NCBI RefSeq assembly: GCF_009914755.1
Contig: NC_060928.1
DNA: 64,000 nt
Direction: 5' to 3' (one strand)
Source of the DNA: the human T2T-CHM13v2.0 reference genome, Homo sapiens
A program made the translations under genes and the position numbers. Shown here piece after piece: positions 53,948 to 64,000 of the stretch. The notes under the pieces are model-generated. The model did no database searches, had not been told where the DNA came from, and saw only the letters and a program-made list of their open reading frames with translations. Every line of letters starts with the position of its first letter. Position 1 is the stretch's first letter.

Positions 53948-54949
53948 GGTTTTAGTCTTCCAGAGAAAAAGGATAATATAACAAGGCAAAAGTCACTGCA
54001 AGACAGTAAGAGAAAAAGAAAAGCTGGTTCTTCCAGTCTGGTGATTTGTGGGGAGGAGAAGGAAGAGTGAGTGAAAGAAAGATCTCCTGACCTCCCTCAC
54101 AGAGGGGAAGAGACATCATAAACAAAAGAAAGATAAAAGGCACAGAGCTTTGATGAGTTCCTCTTTCATAGTCTGTACAGAAGTTCTGTTGTACGGCTCC
54201 TCTCCAACATGGAGAAGCGAAATTGAAGAACGATGGTATAAGCTAAGCCCAAGTTAACATTTCAGAGCTGCATGACCCTGAGCTCCTGAGGGGAAAGGGC
54301 CTGACAAGTGTGTAGGGGGGTAATTGAGCAGAGGATGATAAGACAATTGATGGACTGGTTGGAAAACTTAACAGGGAGAAGCGCTGTGACAGCAGCGATG
54401 TGGCTCCATAACTGAGTGCAACAGAGCAGCACCGACATCGCGGATAGTCTACTTGTCACAGTCTGTTCTCTGGAGGCATCCACAGAACCAGATAACTGAG
54501 GTGAGGCTAAGACCTCTGGCCATGCCAAACAAGTGGACCACAGGAGCCTCTGGGGCAGACAGCAGCAACATCTACCAGTAGGAAACCCAGAGACTGGACT
54601 AGATATACATCTCAAAAGACATTCCATAGCACTCACCCAGAAATCAGCTGTCCTGCTGTGGAAAGCACACCAAAAAGAGACGGAGGCAAGGTAGAACTCC
54701 TCTACCAATACAAAATAGCTAAAAACTTTCTCCTACTTTCAGTTGCCATCTTGGTAAGGAGGCAATAGAAAAAATGTCTTCAAGAAATATTTACAGCACA
54801 GAGACTGACTTACTACATAGAAAGAAGAGGGATATATTCACAATTAGCAGTTTAGGTCAACCTCTATACTTCTGTTGGGTGAGGATACTTGAGGAAGATG
54901 ATCATAGAAAAATAAAGATGTGTCCATTCATTCATTTATTAATTCACTC

Positions 54950-55000
54950 TTTAGCCTTTGTAAATTTGGTATAATTTAGCCTTTGTAAGTTTGGTAAATT
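54950..55000. repeat. About 25-bp tandem duplication
   Basis: tttagcctttgtaaatttggta followed by tttagcctttgtaagtttggta. Confidence 0.85.
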
Positions 55001-55038
55001 TGAAATGCTCTGGCACAGGCTTGTATGTGGCCTTTGGA

Positions 55039-55215
55039 TTATATATATATATATATTTATATATATGTATATATATTTATATATTTATATATATTTATAT
55101 ATATATTTATATATATATTTATATATTTATATATATATTTATATATATTTATTTATATATTTATATATTTATATATTTATATATATATTTATATATATTT
55201 TTTATTTTTATTTTT
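55039..55215. repeat. Long interrupted (TA)n/(TATT)n AT-only microsatellite
   Basis: About 170 bp almost entirely A/T. Confidence 0.97.
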
Positions 55216-56154
55216 TGCAGATCAAAATAGCAGTACCCTTTTACATTTTTCTGAGGGTATCCAGATAGTTTTGTCTATTAGCCACTAATTGGAAAACAAG
55301 CCTGCTCTAAGATAAGAATCAGTGAAGTCTTGTGAAGGGGAGCTAAGATAAAGGTATTTTGTGTGCTGCCTTGCATGGCATGAATTGGACCTTCAACTCT
55401 TTAGAGAGAGGAGAGGCAAAGTAAGGTGGCAGTTCACAAAGAAGACCTAAAAATGGGGCCTCTTTGCTCGGCAAGTAAGAGTGGAGTAGATTCTGAAGAA
55501 CCAAGGTAAGTTGGGAATGGTGATGAGGGTGTGTTTGACATCAGAAACCAAGACTGGTGACCCCATACAGCGGGGAGTAGGGTCCACAGGGCTGGACTGG
55601 TGGGAGACTACAGAACACAAGGAACATTTGGTTCTCTGGGTGCCTGGTGTGAGCCTGGGATATGGAAATGCACCAGAAACAATGCTTTTTTTAGGGAGAT
55701 TTTCAATTTTGTGAGTAATCTACAAATTTAATATTTGTACCTTCTATTCTATTGATTAATCCCCCATGATAAACTTGTGGTTCATGTGCTTGCGAGCAGA
55801 GAGCTCCAAGATAACCTGGTAGATTTTATTTTCCCAGCTCAGCTTGGTCATGCAAATTGAAATGTAAAAATCTCTTTTGAAAAGCAACGCATTTAAAATG
55901 TCCATAACCTTAGAAAATAGTTTCAATTCAAAATATTAAACCGTTGATACGTCATTACCACTGAGCAGCCCAAAGAAATCCTGACAGATGCACCATTTGA
56001 ATCCATAAGAACTAAATATTAGACTGCCTAGGACTCATGGGTCTACTTTTTGAAATCCACCTTATGGTTACAATACAAATTGAGATGAAAGATGATAATA
56101 TCTAGGTTATAACATTATTAATAATACAGAAAAAAATGGAATGGAAACAATCTA

Positions 56155-56365
56155 TTAGGTCATACACACATACATATCCACTATTTACATATACAGTATA
56201 TATTTGCATGTTAATATATGTGTGTATACATATATATGTGTATGTATTTATATGTACATTTATGCATATTTGAAAATATACATTTTCACATACAGGCATG
56301 TAACATGTATATGTATGTATATGGTATTTTTGTGTGTATCTATATCCATCTCTATATATGTTGCA
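56155..56365. repeat. Degenerate (TA/TG/CA)n low-complexity tract, probably within an L1ME 3' relic
   Basis: Alternating tatatgtgtgtatacata pattern. Confidence 0.7.
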
Positions 56366-56963
56366 TGTATGGACACATAGAGGCCAGAAAAAAATATATC
56401 AGAATGTTAATAATAAGCTGGAATTATGACTAATTTTTGTTTTTGTTATACTTGTCTTTTTAAAATCTCAATTAAAATATTAAGCAAGCAATAACTTTAT
56501 AATATAAACAATAACAACAAAGGTGATTTCTTAAATGCAGAATATCATGGTAGAGGTTTTTTTCAATTCACAGTTGTATCAACAGTGTAAATGTGGGAAA
56601 CAAATATACCAGCAAACTCAGATCCAAAACTGAACCATTCATAGTGAGCAGCATAGCCTGGAATATGTCTCAACCTTTTTATCTCCTAACCCAAAGCACA
56701 TCATTGTGCTGATAAAGTCAAGACATTATGAATATCAAGGAGTGAAGCAGTGAGGGCTAGGAGCCATAAATAGAAAGGGAGAAGAGAACAATCACCAAAC
56801 TCTGACTGTGTGCTCTCACCGCATTGCATAGGAGAGTTCCATTTGTCCACTTGTTCTATCCTTACAAATACCGGGGAAACAGACATTTTCCATAAGAGGG
56901 CCCTGGTGCTCAGAGTGGAGCAATAAAGTGTCCAAGGTCATGCCGCACAGTAACTGGCAGAGA

Positions 56964-57253
56964 TTTTTCTTTTTTTTCTTTCTCTTTTTGTTTTGAGACA
57001 GAGTCTCGCTCCGTTGCCCAGGCTGGAGTGCTGTGGCATGATCTCGGCCTGGGTTCAAGTGATTCTCCTGCCTCAGCCTCCCGAGTAGCTGGTACTAGAG
57101 ACGTGTGCCACCACTCTTGGCTAATTTTTGTATTTTTAGTAGAGACAGGGTTTCACTATGTTGGCCAGGCTGGTCAAACTCCTGACCTCGTGATCCTCCC
57201 GCCTCGGCCTCCCAAAGCGTTGAGATTACCGGTGTGAGCCACCGCGCCCCGGC
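56964..57253 (-). mobile_element. AluS (Sg/Sc-like) with internal deletion
   Basis: Reverse Alu lacking tcactgcaacctccgcctc; TSD GAG[A/G]TTTTTCTTTT. Confidence 0.92.
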
Positions 57254-58780
57254 GAGGTTTTTCTTTTGTTCCATTTAACTTGGGACAGTAAAGAGAGGGA
57301 ATAGTAGACATGCTTCCTGTTTTGGTGCAATGGGAGAGAATTTACACCAATTGTGTGCATTAGCTTTTCTTCTCTTTTAACGTCCTTGGAATCATTTGTC
57401 TCCTTCTCTGATTCCAAAACTCTGTTCTGTCTAAAAAAAAAAAAAAAAAGTTAGAATATAATGCATTGATGTTCTAACACATTTATGTATGAATTTTTAC
57501 TCATCTGAGAATGAAATAAGAAAAATGCATTTATTGTAGAAAATAATTTTCTATGCTTGGCATGCGACTTATTGAGTCCAGTTAAATTTTAACTGAGACA
57601 TACATGTGAAATAAATGTATATCTTTTAAAATCAGTTTTCCTCTTGATCTGATTAAATTATTTATTAAATATCTAATGGTTAGCAACTTGGATACTCAAA
57701 AGATTCACTTATTTTAAGCTCTAAAATTTATCTGCCTGGATTTTATTTTGAATACCTTGTTTTTTCTAATGCCATTTCCCTAATATCAACGCTGAACTAA
57801 AACTAAAGATAGCAAGGGGGTAAGAACTCAGAATAGCAGGAACTGAGAAGATCAGTGTAATCAGCAAATTAGGGCTATGTACAAATCATGCATTTGGCAT
57901 CTTGGGAGCAGCAAGGGCCACGCCATGTGGAGAAGAGAACACTCAACGTTGATCACTTTGATTAGCATTAACATTGATCGCATAATTCAGTTACCTCCAG
58001 GATGTTTCATGTTGCTAATAAATAAAAGATGACACTCTTTAAGAATGATGGCTTCTATAGTACCGTGGCCAGAGACGGCTGAAATGTGGGGTGGAGGTTT
58101 TATTTATTTCACCTGCATTTTTGTTGTTGTTTTTAATGCTGCTATGGCTAGGAAACCCAGATAGAGCTGTTTCTCAAAAAAGGGAAGCAATACTGTAGCT
58201 GATGTTCTCAGGGAGATTTATGCAGCAACCAGCTTCACCTTCAGACCCAACTCCTCCTCTTTTCCTGGGCTTTCTTCTCCTATTTGACTGGGCTCCTCCA
58301 GCAAACCAATGTCCTGATTTTTGCCTGTTCTAGGTCATCTTGGACAGCGTTTCATACTCCATACCTTTGTAGACTTCCTCCTCCTCATAGCAAATGCAAC
58401 CCTCATCCACAGTACTTTATAGGTTCTAATTGCTTGTTATACACAATATATACCAGAATCTCTTTTTCTCCCTGTCTTTATCTCTTCTTTCTCTCTCCAT
58501 AAGGTTCAAAGGCCTTAAGAAATGTTTCCAAGTTCCTAAGTCACAAGGATTTGTCACAAGGTCAAATTGTCTGCTGCCTTAAACCTTTCTCTTTATACTA
58601 CACCTTACTATTCTAACTCCTTTACTTCCTCATTTTCATGAACTAACTAGCATTACAGTGGTCATAGTTGATAAACATTACAAAGAAGCACAAAACCTCA
58701 GTACTAAAAGTCAATATCTAGCAGGCTAATCTGATAGCAATCGAGTGAGTAAATAGAGCTTTCAGAATCCATGCCAAGGT

Positions 58781-59082
58781 AGCCGGGTGCGGTGCTCGCA
58801 CCTGTAATCCCAGCTCTTTGGGAGGTCGAGCGGGGTGGATCACTTGAGGTCAGGAGTTTGAGACCAGCCTGGCCAACATGGGGAAACTCCATCTCTACTA
58901 AAAATACAAAAATGAGCTGGGTGTGATGGCAGGCTCCTGTATTCTCAGCTACTCGGGAGGCTGAGGCAGGAGAATCACCTGAACCCAGGAGGCAGAGGTT
59001 TCAGTGAGCCGAGATTGTGCCACTGCACTTCAGCCTGGGCAACAGAATGAGACTCCGTCTTAAAAAAAAAAAAAAAAAAAAA
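58781..59082 (+). mobile_element. AluSx-like SINE
   Basis: Full dimer with A-tail; TSD AGAATCCA[TG/GA]CCAAG. Confidence 0.93.
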
Positions 59083-59249
59083 GGTAGAAGAATCCAGACC
59101 AAGTTCAGGTTCCTTGGATACTCTAGTGAGGAGGAGCTCATTTCTTCTACTTCCATCTTTCTATTATCTTTTAAATTAGCTTTTGGTAGCAAGTTGAAAT
59201 TTATTCCCAGAAACTTCTACTTTTTGATTCTAGCTCTGGGTATGAAGTC

Positions 59250-59480
59250 AAATAATAATATTAACTAACATATACATTGCTTACCTAAGTCTGTGTTCAT
59301 TCCAAATACTTTAAGCACATAAACATTAAGGTAGTCTACTGAAAGGTTGCAATAAGTTCATTTTAAGATGGAGAATCTGAGGCTACAGAGAGGTAGTTGC
59401 TGAGAAGTAGTGAGCTAAATTTACAACCGAGTATATCTCCTTAGCTGACACACTTAGCCAACAATCACCACTGTCTTGTG
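59250..59480 (-). mobile_element. MIR fragment
   Basis: taacatatacattgcttacc...cattttaagatggagaatctgaggctacagagagg. Confidence 0.55.
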
Positions 59481-59516
59481 GCCACTTTTAACGTGCTAGA
59501 CCTAACAGAAACCTAC

Positions 59517-61678
59517 TTAAAAAACTTTTAAGTTTGGAGTACACATACAGGTTTGTTATGTAGGTAAACTTGTGTCATGGGGATTTGTTGTACAGATTAT
59601 TTTGTCACCCAGGTATTAAGCCTAGTACCCATTAGTTATTTTTTCCTGATCCTCTCTCTCCTCCCACACTTCACCCTCTGATAGTCTCCAATGTCTGTTG
59701 TTCCCCTTTTTGTGTCCACGTGTTCTTATCATTTACCCCCCATTTATAAATGTGAACATGCAGTATTTGGTTTTCCGTTCCTAAGTTAGTTTGCTAAGAA
59801 TACTGGCCTCCAGCTCCATCCATGTTTCTGCAAAGAACATGATTTCTTGTTTTTCATGGCTGCATAGTGTGTATGTTCCACATTTTCTTTACCTACTCTA
59901 CCACTGATGGACATTTAGGTTGATTTCATGTCTTTGCTAATGTGAATAGTGCTGCAATGAGCATATGCGTGCCTGTGTCTGTATGACAGAAGAATTTATA
60001 TTCTTTAGGTATATACCCAGTAATAGGAGTGCTGGGTCGAATGGTACTTCTCTTATTAGGCCTTTGAGGAACCATTTTCCACAATGGTTGAATTAATTTA
60101 CACTCCCACTGACAGTGTATAAGCATTCCTTTTTCTCTGCAACCTTGACAGCGTCTGTTATTTTTTGACTTTTTAATAATCACCATTCTGACTGATGTTA
60201 GATGGTATCTCATTGTGGATTTGATTTACATTTCTCTAGTGATCAGTGATGCTGAGCTTTTTTTCCATATGCTGTTGGCCACATGTATGTCTTCTTTTGA
60301 AAAGTGTCTGTTCATATCCTTTGCCCACTATTTAATGGGTTACCTAATTTTTTTTATAAATTTGTTTAAATTCCTTATAGTTGCTGGATATTAGACCTTT
60401 GTCAGATGCAATTTGCAAAAAAATTCTCTCATTCTGCAGGTTGTCTGTTTACTCTGTTGCTAGTTTCTATTGCTGTGCAGAAAGTCTTTAGTTTAATCAG
60501 ATCCCATTTGTCAATTCTTGCTTTTGTTGCAATTATTTTGGCATCTTTTTCATGAAATCTTTGTCTGTTCCTATGTCCAGAATGCTATTGCCTAGATTGT
60601 CTTCCAGAATCTTTATGGGTTTGGGTTTTACATTTAAGTCTTTAATCCATCTTTAGTTAATTTTTGTATATGGTGTAAGGAAGGGGTCCAGCTTTAATGT
60701 TCTGCATATGGCTAGCCAGTTATCCCAGCAAATTTATGGAATAGGGAATCCTTTCTCCATTGCTTGTTTTTATCAACTTTGTTGAAGATAAGATGGTCGT
60801 AGGTGTGTAGTCTTATTTCTGCATTCTCTATCATGTTCCATTTGTGTCTGTTTTTCTATCAGTACCATGCTGTTTTGTTAACTGTAGCCTTGTATTAGAG
60901 TTTGAAGTTGGGCAGAGACTTTGAATTTTATCCTGAGATTTTTTTTTTCATCTATTGTGATGATCACGTATTTTTAGTTCTGTTCATGTGTTGAATCACA
61001 TGTATTGATTTTCATATATGTTGAACCAACCTTGCATCCCAGGGATAAAGTGTACTTACATGATGATGATGGACTAGCTTTTTGGATTTTTGGTGTGCTG
61101 CTGGATTCAGTTTGCTAATATTTTGTCGATAAATTTGTGTCTATGTTTATCAAGGATATTGGCTTAAAGTGTGCTTTTTTGTTGTCTTGCCAGGTTTTGA
61201 TATCAGTATGATGCTCGTTTCATAGAATTATTAAGGGATGAATCCTTTCTCAATTTTGTGGGAGTAATTTCAGTAAGAATGATATGAGCTATTCTTTATA
61301 CATCTGATAGAATTAGACTGTGAATCCGTCTGGTTGTGGACTTTTTCTGGTTGGTAGGTTTTTGCTACTGATTCAATTTAGGAACTCATTATTGGTCTAT
61401 TCAGGAATTCAATTTCTCCTTGGTTTCATCTTGAAAGTTTGTATATTTCCAGGAATTTTTTCCATTTCTTCTATGTTTTCTAGTTTGTATGCATAGAGGT
61501 ATGCATGGTAGTCTTTAAGTGAGGTTTTTTTGTATTTCTGTGGGATCATTGGTAATGTCCCCTTTGTCATTTCTAATTTTGTGTTTATTTAGATCTTCTC
61601 TCTTTCCTTTATCATTCTAGCTAGCGGTCCATCAATCTTATTTACATTTTCCAAAAACTAACTACTGGATTCATTGAT
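59517..61678 (-). mobile_element. L1PA15/16-like element (3'UTR and ORF2), internally deleted
   Basis: caggtttgttatgtaggtaaacttgtgtcatgggg...aagcctagtacccattagttatttt 3' end; ORF2 peptide [20 protein letters not shown]. Confidence 0.88.
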
Positions 61679-64000
61679 TTTTTTTAAAATTTCCATAGTT
61701 TTTAGGGAGCAAGTTGTGTTTGGTTGCCTAGAAAAGTTCTTTAGTAGTGATTTCTGAGATTTTGGTGGACCTTTCACCTGAGCAGTGTACACTGTACCCA
61801 ATGTGTAGCCTATTATCCCTCAACCCCTCTCACCCTTCCCCCTGAGTCCCCAAAGTCCATTATATTATTCTTATGCCTTTGAGTTCTCATAGCTTGGCTA
61901 CAACTTATAAGTAAGAATATATGATGTTTGGTTTTCCATTCCTGAGTTACTTCACTTAGAATAATCATCTCCAACTCCATCCAGGTTGATGCAAATGTCA
62001 CTATTTCATTTTTTTTAATGACTGAATAGTATTCTATGATATACTTCACATTTTCCTTGTGCACTCATTGGTTTATGGGCATTTAGGGTGGTTTCATATT
62101 TTTGCAATTGTGGATTGTGCTGCTATAAACATGCGTGTGCAAGTGTCTTTTCATATAATGACCTCTTTTCCTCTGGGTAGATACTCAGTTGTGGGATTGC
62201 TGGGTAAAATGGTAAATCTACTTTTAATTCTTTAAGGAATCTTCTTACCGTTTTCCATAGTGGTTGTATTAGTTTACATTCCCACCAGCAGTGTAAAAGT
62301 GTTCCCTTTCACCACATCCATGCCAGCATGTATTATTTTTTGATTTTTTTAAATTATGGCCATTCTTCCAGGAGTAAAGTGGTATCTCTTTGTGGTTTTG
62401 ATTTGCATTTCCTTGTTAAATAGTGATGTTGAGCAGTGTTTCACATGTTGTTGGCCATTTGGATATCTTATTTTGAGAATTGTCTATTTATGTCCTTTGC
62501 CCACTTTTTGATGGGATTATTTCTTTCTTGCTTGCTGATTTGTTTGAGTTCCTCATAGATTCTGGATATTAGTCCTTTGTTGAATGCATAGTTTGTAAAG
62601 ATTTTCTCCCATTCTATGAGTTGTCTGTTTACTTTGCTGATTATTTCTTTTGCTTTGCAAAAGTGTTTTAGTTTAATTAGGTTTATCTACTTACCTTTGT
62701 TTTTGTTGCATTCGCTTTTGGGTTCTTGTTCATGAACTCTGCCTAAGCTAATGTCTAGAAGAGTTTTTCCAATGTTATCTTCTAGAATTTTTATGGTTTT
62801 AAATCTTAGATTTAAGTCTTTGATACATCTTAAGTTGATTTTTCTATAAGATGAGAGATGAAGATCCAGCTTCATTCTTCTACATGTGGCTTGTCATTTA
62901 TCCCATCACCATGTATTGAATAGGGTGTCATTTCCCCACTTTGTTTTCATTTGCTTAGTCAAAGATCAGTTGACTGTAACTATTTGGCTTTATTTCTCTC
63001 TTCTGTTACATTGGTCTTCATGGCTATTTTTATACCGTTGCCATGCTGTTTTGGTAACTATAGCTTTGTAGTATAGTTTGAAGTCAGGTAATGTGATACC
63101 CTGAGATATGTTTTTTTCTGCTTAGTATTGCTTTGGCTATGTGGGCTCTATTTTGATTCCATATGAATTTTAATCTTTCTCTAGTGCTGTGAAGAATGAT
63201 GATGATATTTTGATGGGAATTGCATTGAATTTGTAGATTGCTTTTGGCAGTATGGTCGTTTTTACAATATTGATTCTACCCATCCATAAGCATGGGATGT
63301 GTTTCCATTTGTTTGCATCATCTGTGGTTACTTTCAGTAATGTTTTGCAGTTTTCCTTGTGGAGATATTTTACCTCTTTGGTTAGGTTAGGTATATTTGT
63401 AAGTATTTGATTATTATTATTTTTTGGAGCTGTTGTAAAGTGAGTTGAGTTTGTTTATTTATTTATTTATTTTGACTGAGTCTTGCTCTGTCATGCAGGC
63501 TGGAGTGTAGTGGCATGATCTCAGCTCACTATAACCTCAGCCTCCTGGGTTCAAGCTATTTTCCTGCCTCAGCCTTCTGAGTAGCTGGGATTACAGGCCC
63601 CTGCCACCACGCCCAGCTAATTTCTGTATTTTTAGTAGAGATGGGGTTTTGCCATCTTGGCCAGGTTGATCTCGAACTCCTGACCTCAGGTGATCTGCCT
63701 GCCTTGGCCTCCCTAAGTGCTGGGGTTACAGGCATGAGCCACCATGCCCAGCAGATGTTGACTTCTTGCTTTGATTCTCAGCTAGGTCATTGCTGATGTA
63801 TAGCAGTGCTACTGATTTATGTACATTGATTTTGTATCCTGAAACTTTAGTGAATTCATTTATCAGATCTGGAAATTTTTTGGATGAGTCTTTAGGATTT
63901 TCTAGGTATACAATTTTATAATCAGTCAACAATGACAATCTGACTTCCTCTTTACTGATTTAGATGCCCCTTATTTCTTTCTCTGGTCTGATTGCTCTGG
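61679..64000 (-). mobile_element. L1PB1-like element (3'UTR and ORF2), runs off the window
   Basis: aagttctttagtagtgatttctgagattttggtg...gagcagtgtacactgtaccc...gagtccccaaagtccatt 3' end; ORF2 peptide [13 protein letters not shown]...[14 protein letters not shown]. Confidence 0.9.
63450..63753 (-). mobile_element. AluSx-like SINE inside L1PB
   Basis: (TTTA)n tail, reverse Alu with cctgacctcaggtgatc. Confidence 0.92.

Noticed and set aside
54991-55288. Y/I-rich ORFs
   Set aside because: They are translations of the TA microsatellite

Overview
Primate (catarrhine, most likely human or ape) nuclear DNA from an AT-rich, CpG-poor, gene-poor region that is intronic or intergenic. I recognise no protein-coding gene, RNA gene or CRISPR/prokaryotic feature. 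The ORFs I could assign come from Alu, L1, LTR or microsatellite sequence, and the rest match no protein I recognise. About two-thirds or more of the window (rough visual estimate) is transposable-element relics: about 13 Alu copies or fragments, several L1s, about 15 solo LTRs, hAT/Tigger fossils, L2 and MIR. The L1s include a 5'-inverted twin-primed L1PA, an apparently end-to-end ancient L1MC, and an L1PB nested in an L1PA15/16. The LTRs include a complete HERV-W LTR17, LTR10C-like, MER4B-like, LTR27-like, MER52, four THE1, MST, MLT1 and MLT2. Family names come from recalled consensus sequences, not from a search, so subfamily calls are provisional. I found no evidence for a new multi-gene system. 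The best leads concern retrotransposition mechanics (two independent insertions at the same homologous L1 site, a TSD turned microsatellite, a poly-C Alu tail, a TSD-less Alu scrap) and regulation (an ERV1 solo-LTR cluster, an intact DUX4 motif in THE1C, and a non-repeat FOX/RFX/NF-Y motif cluster at about 19.6-19.8 kb).
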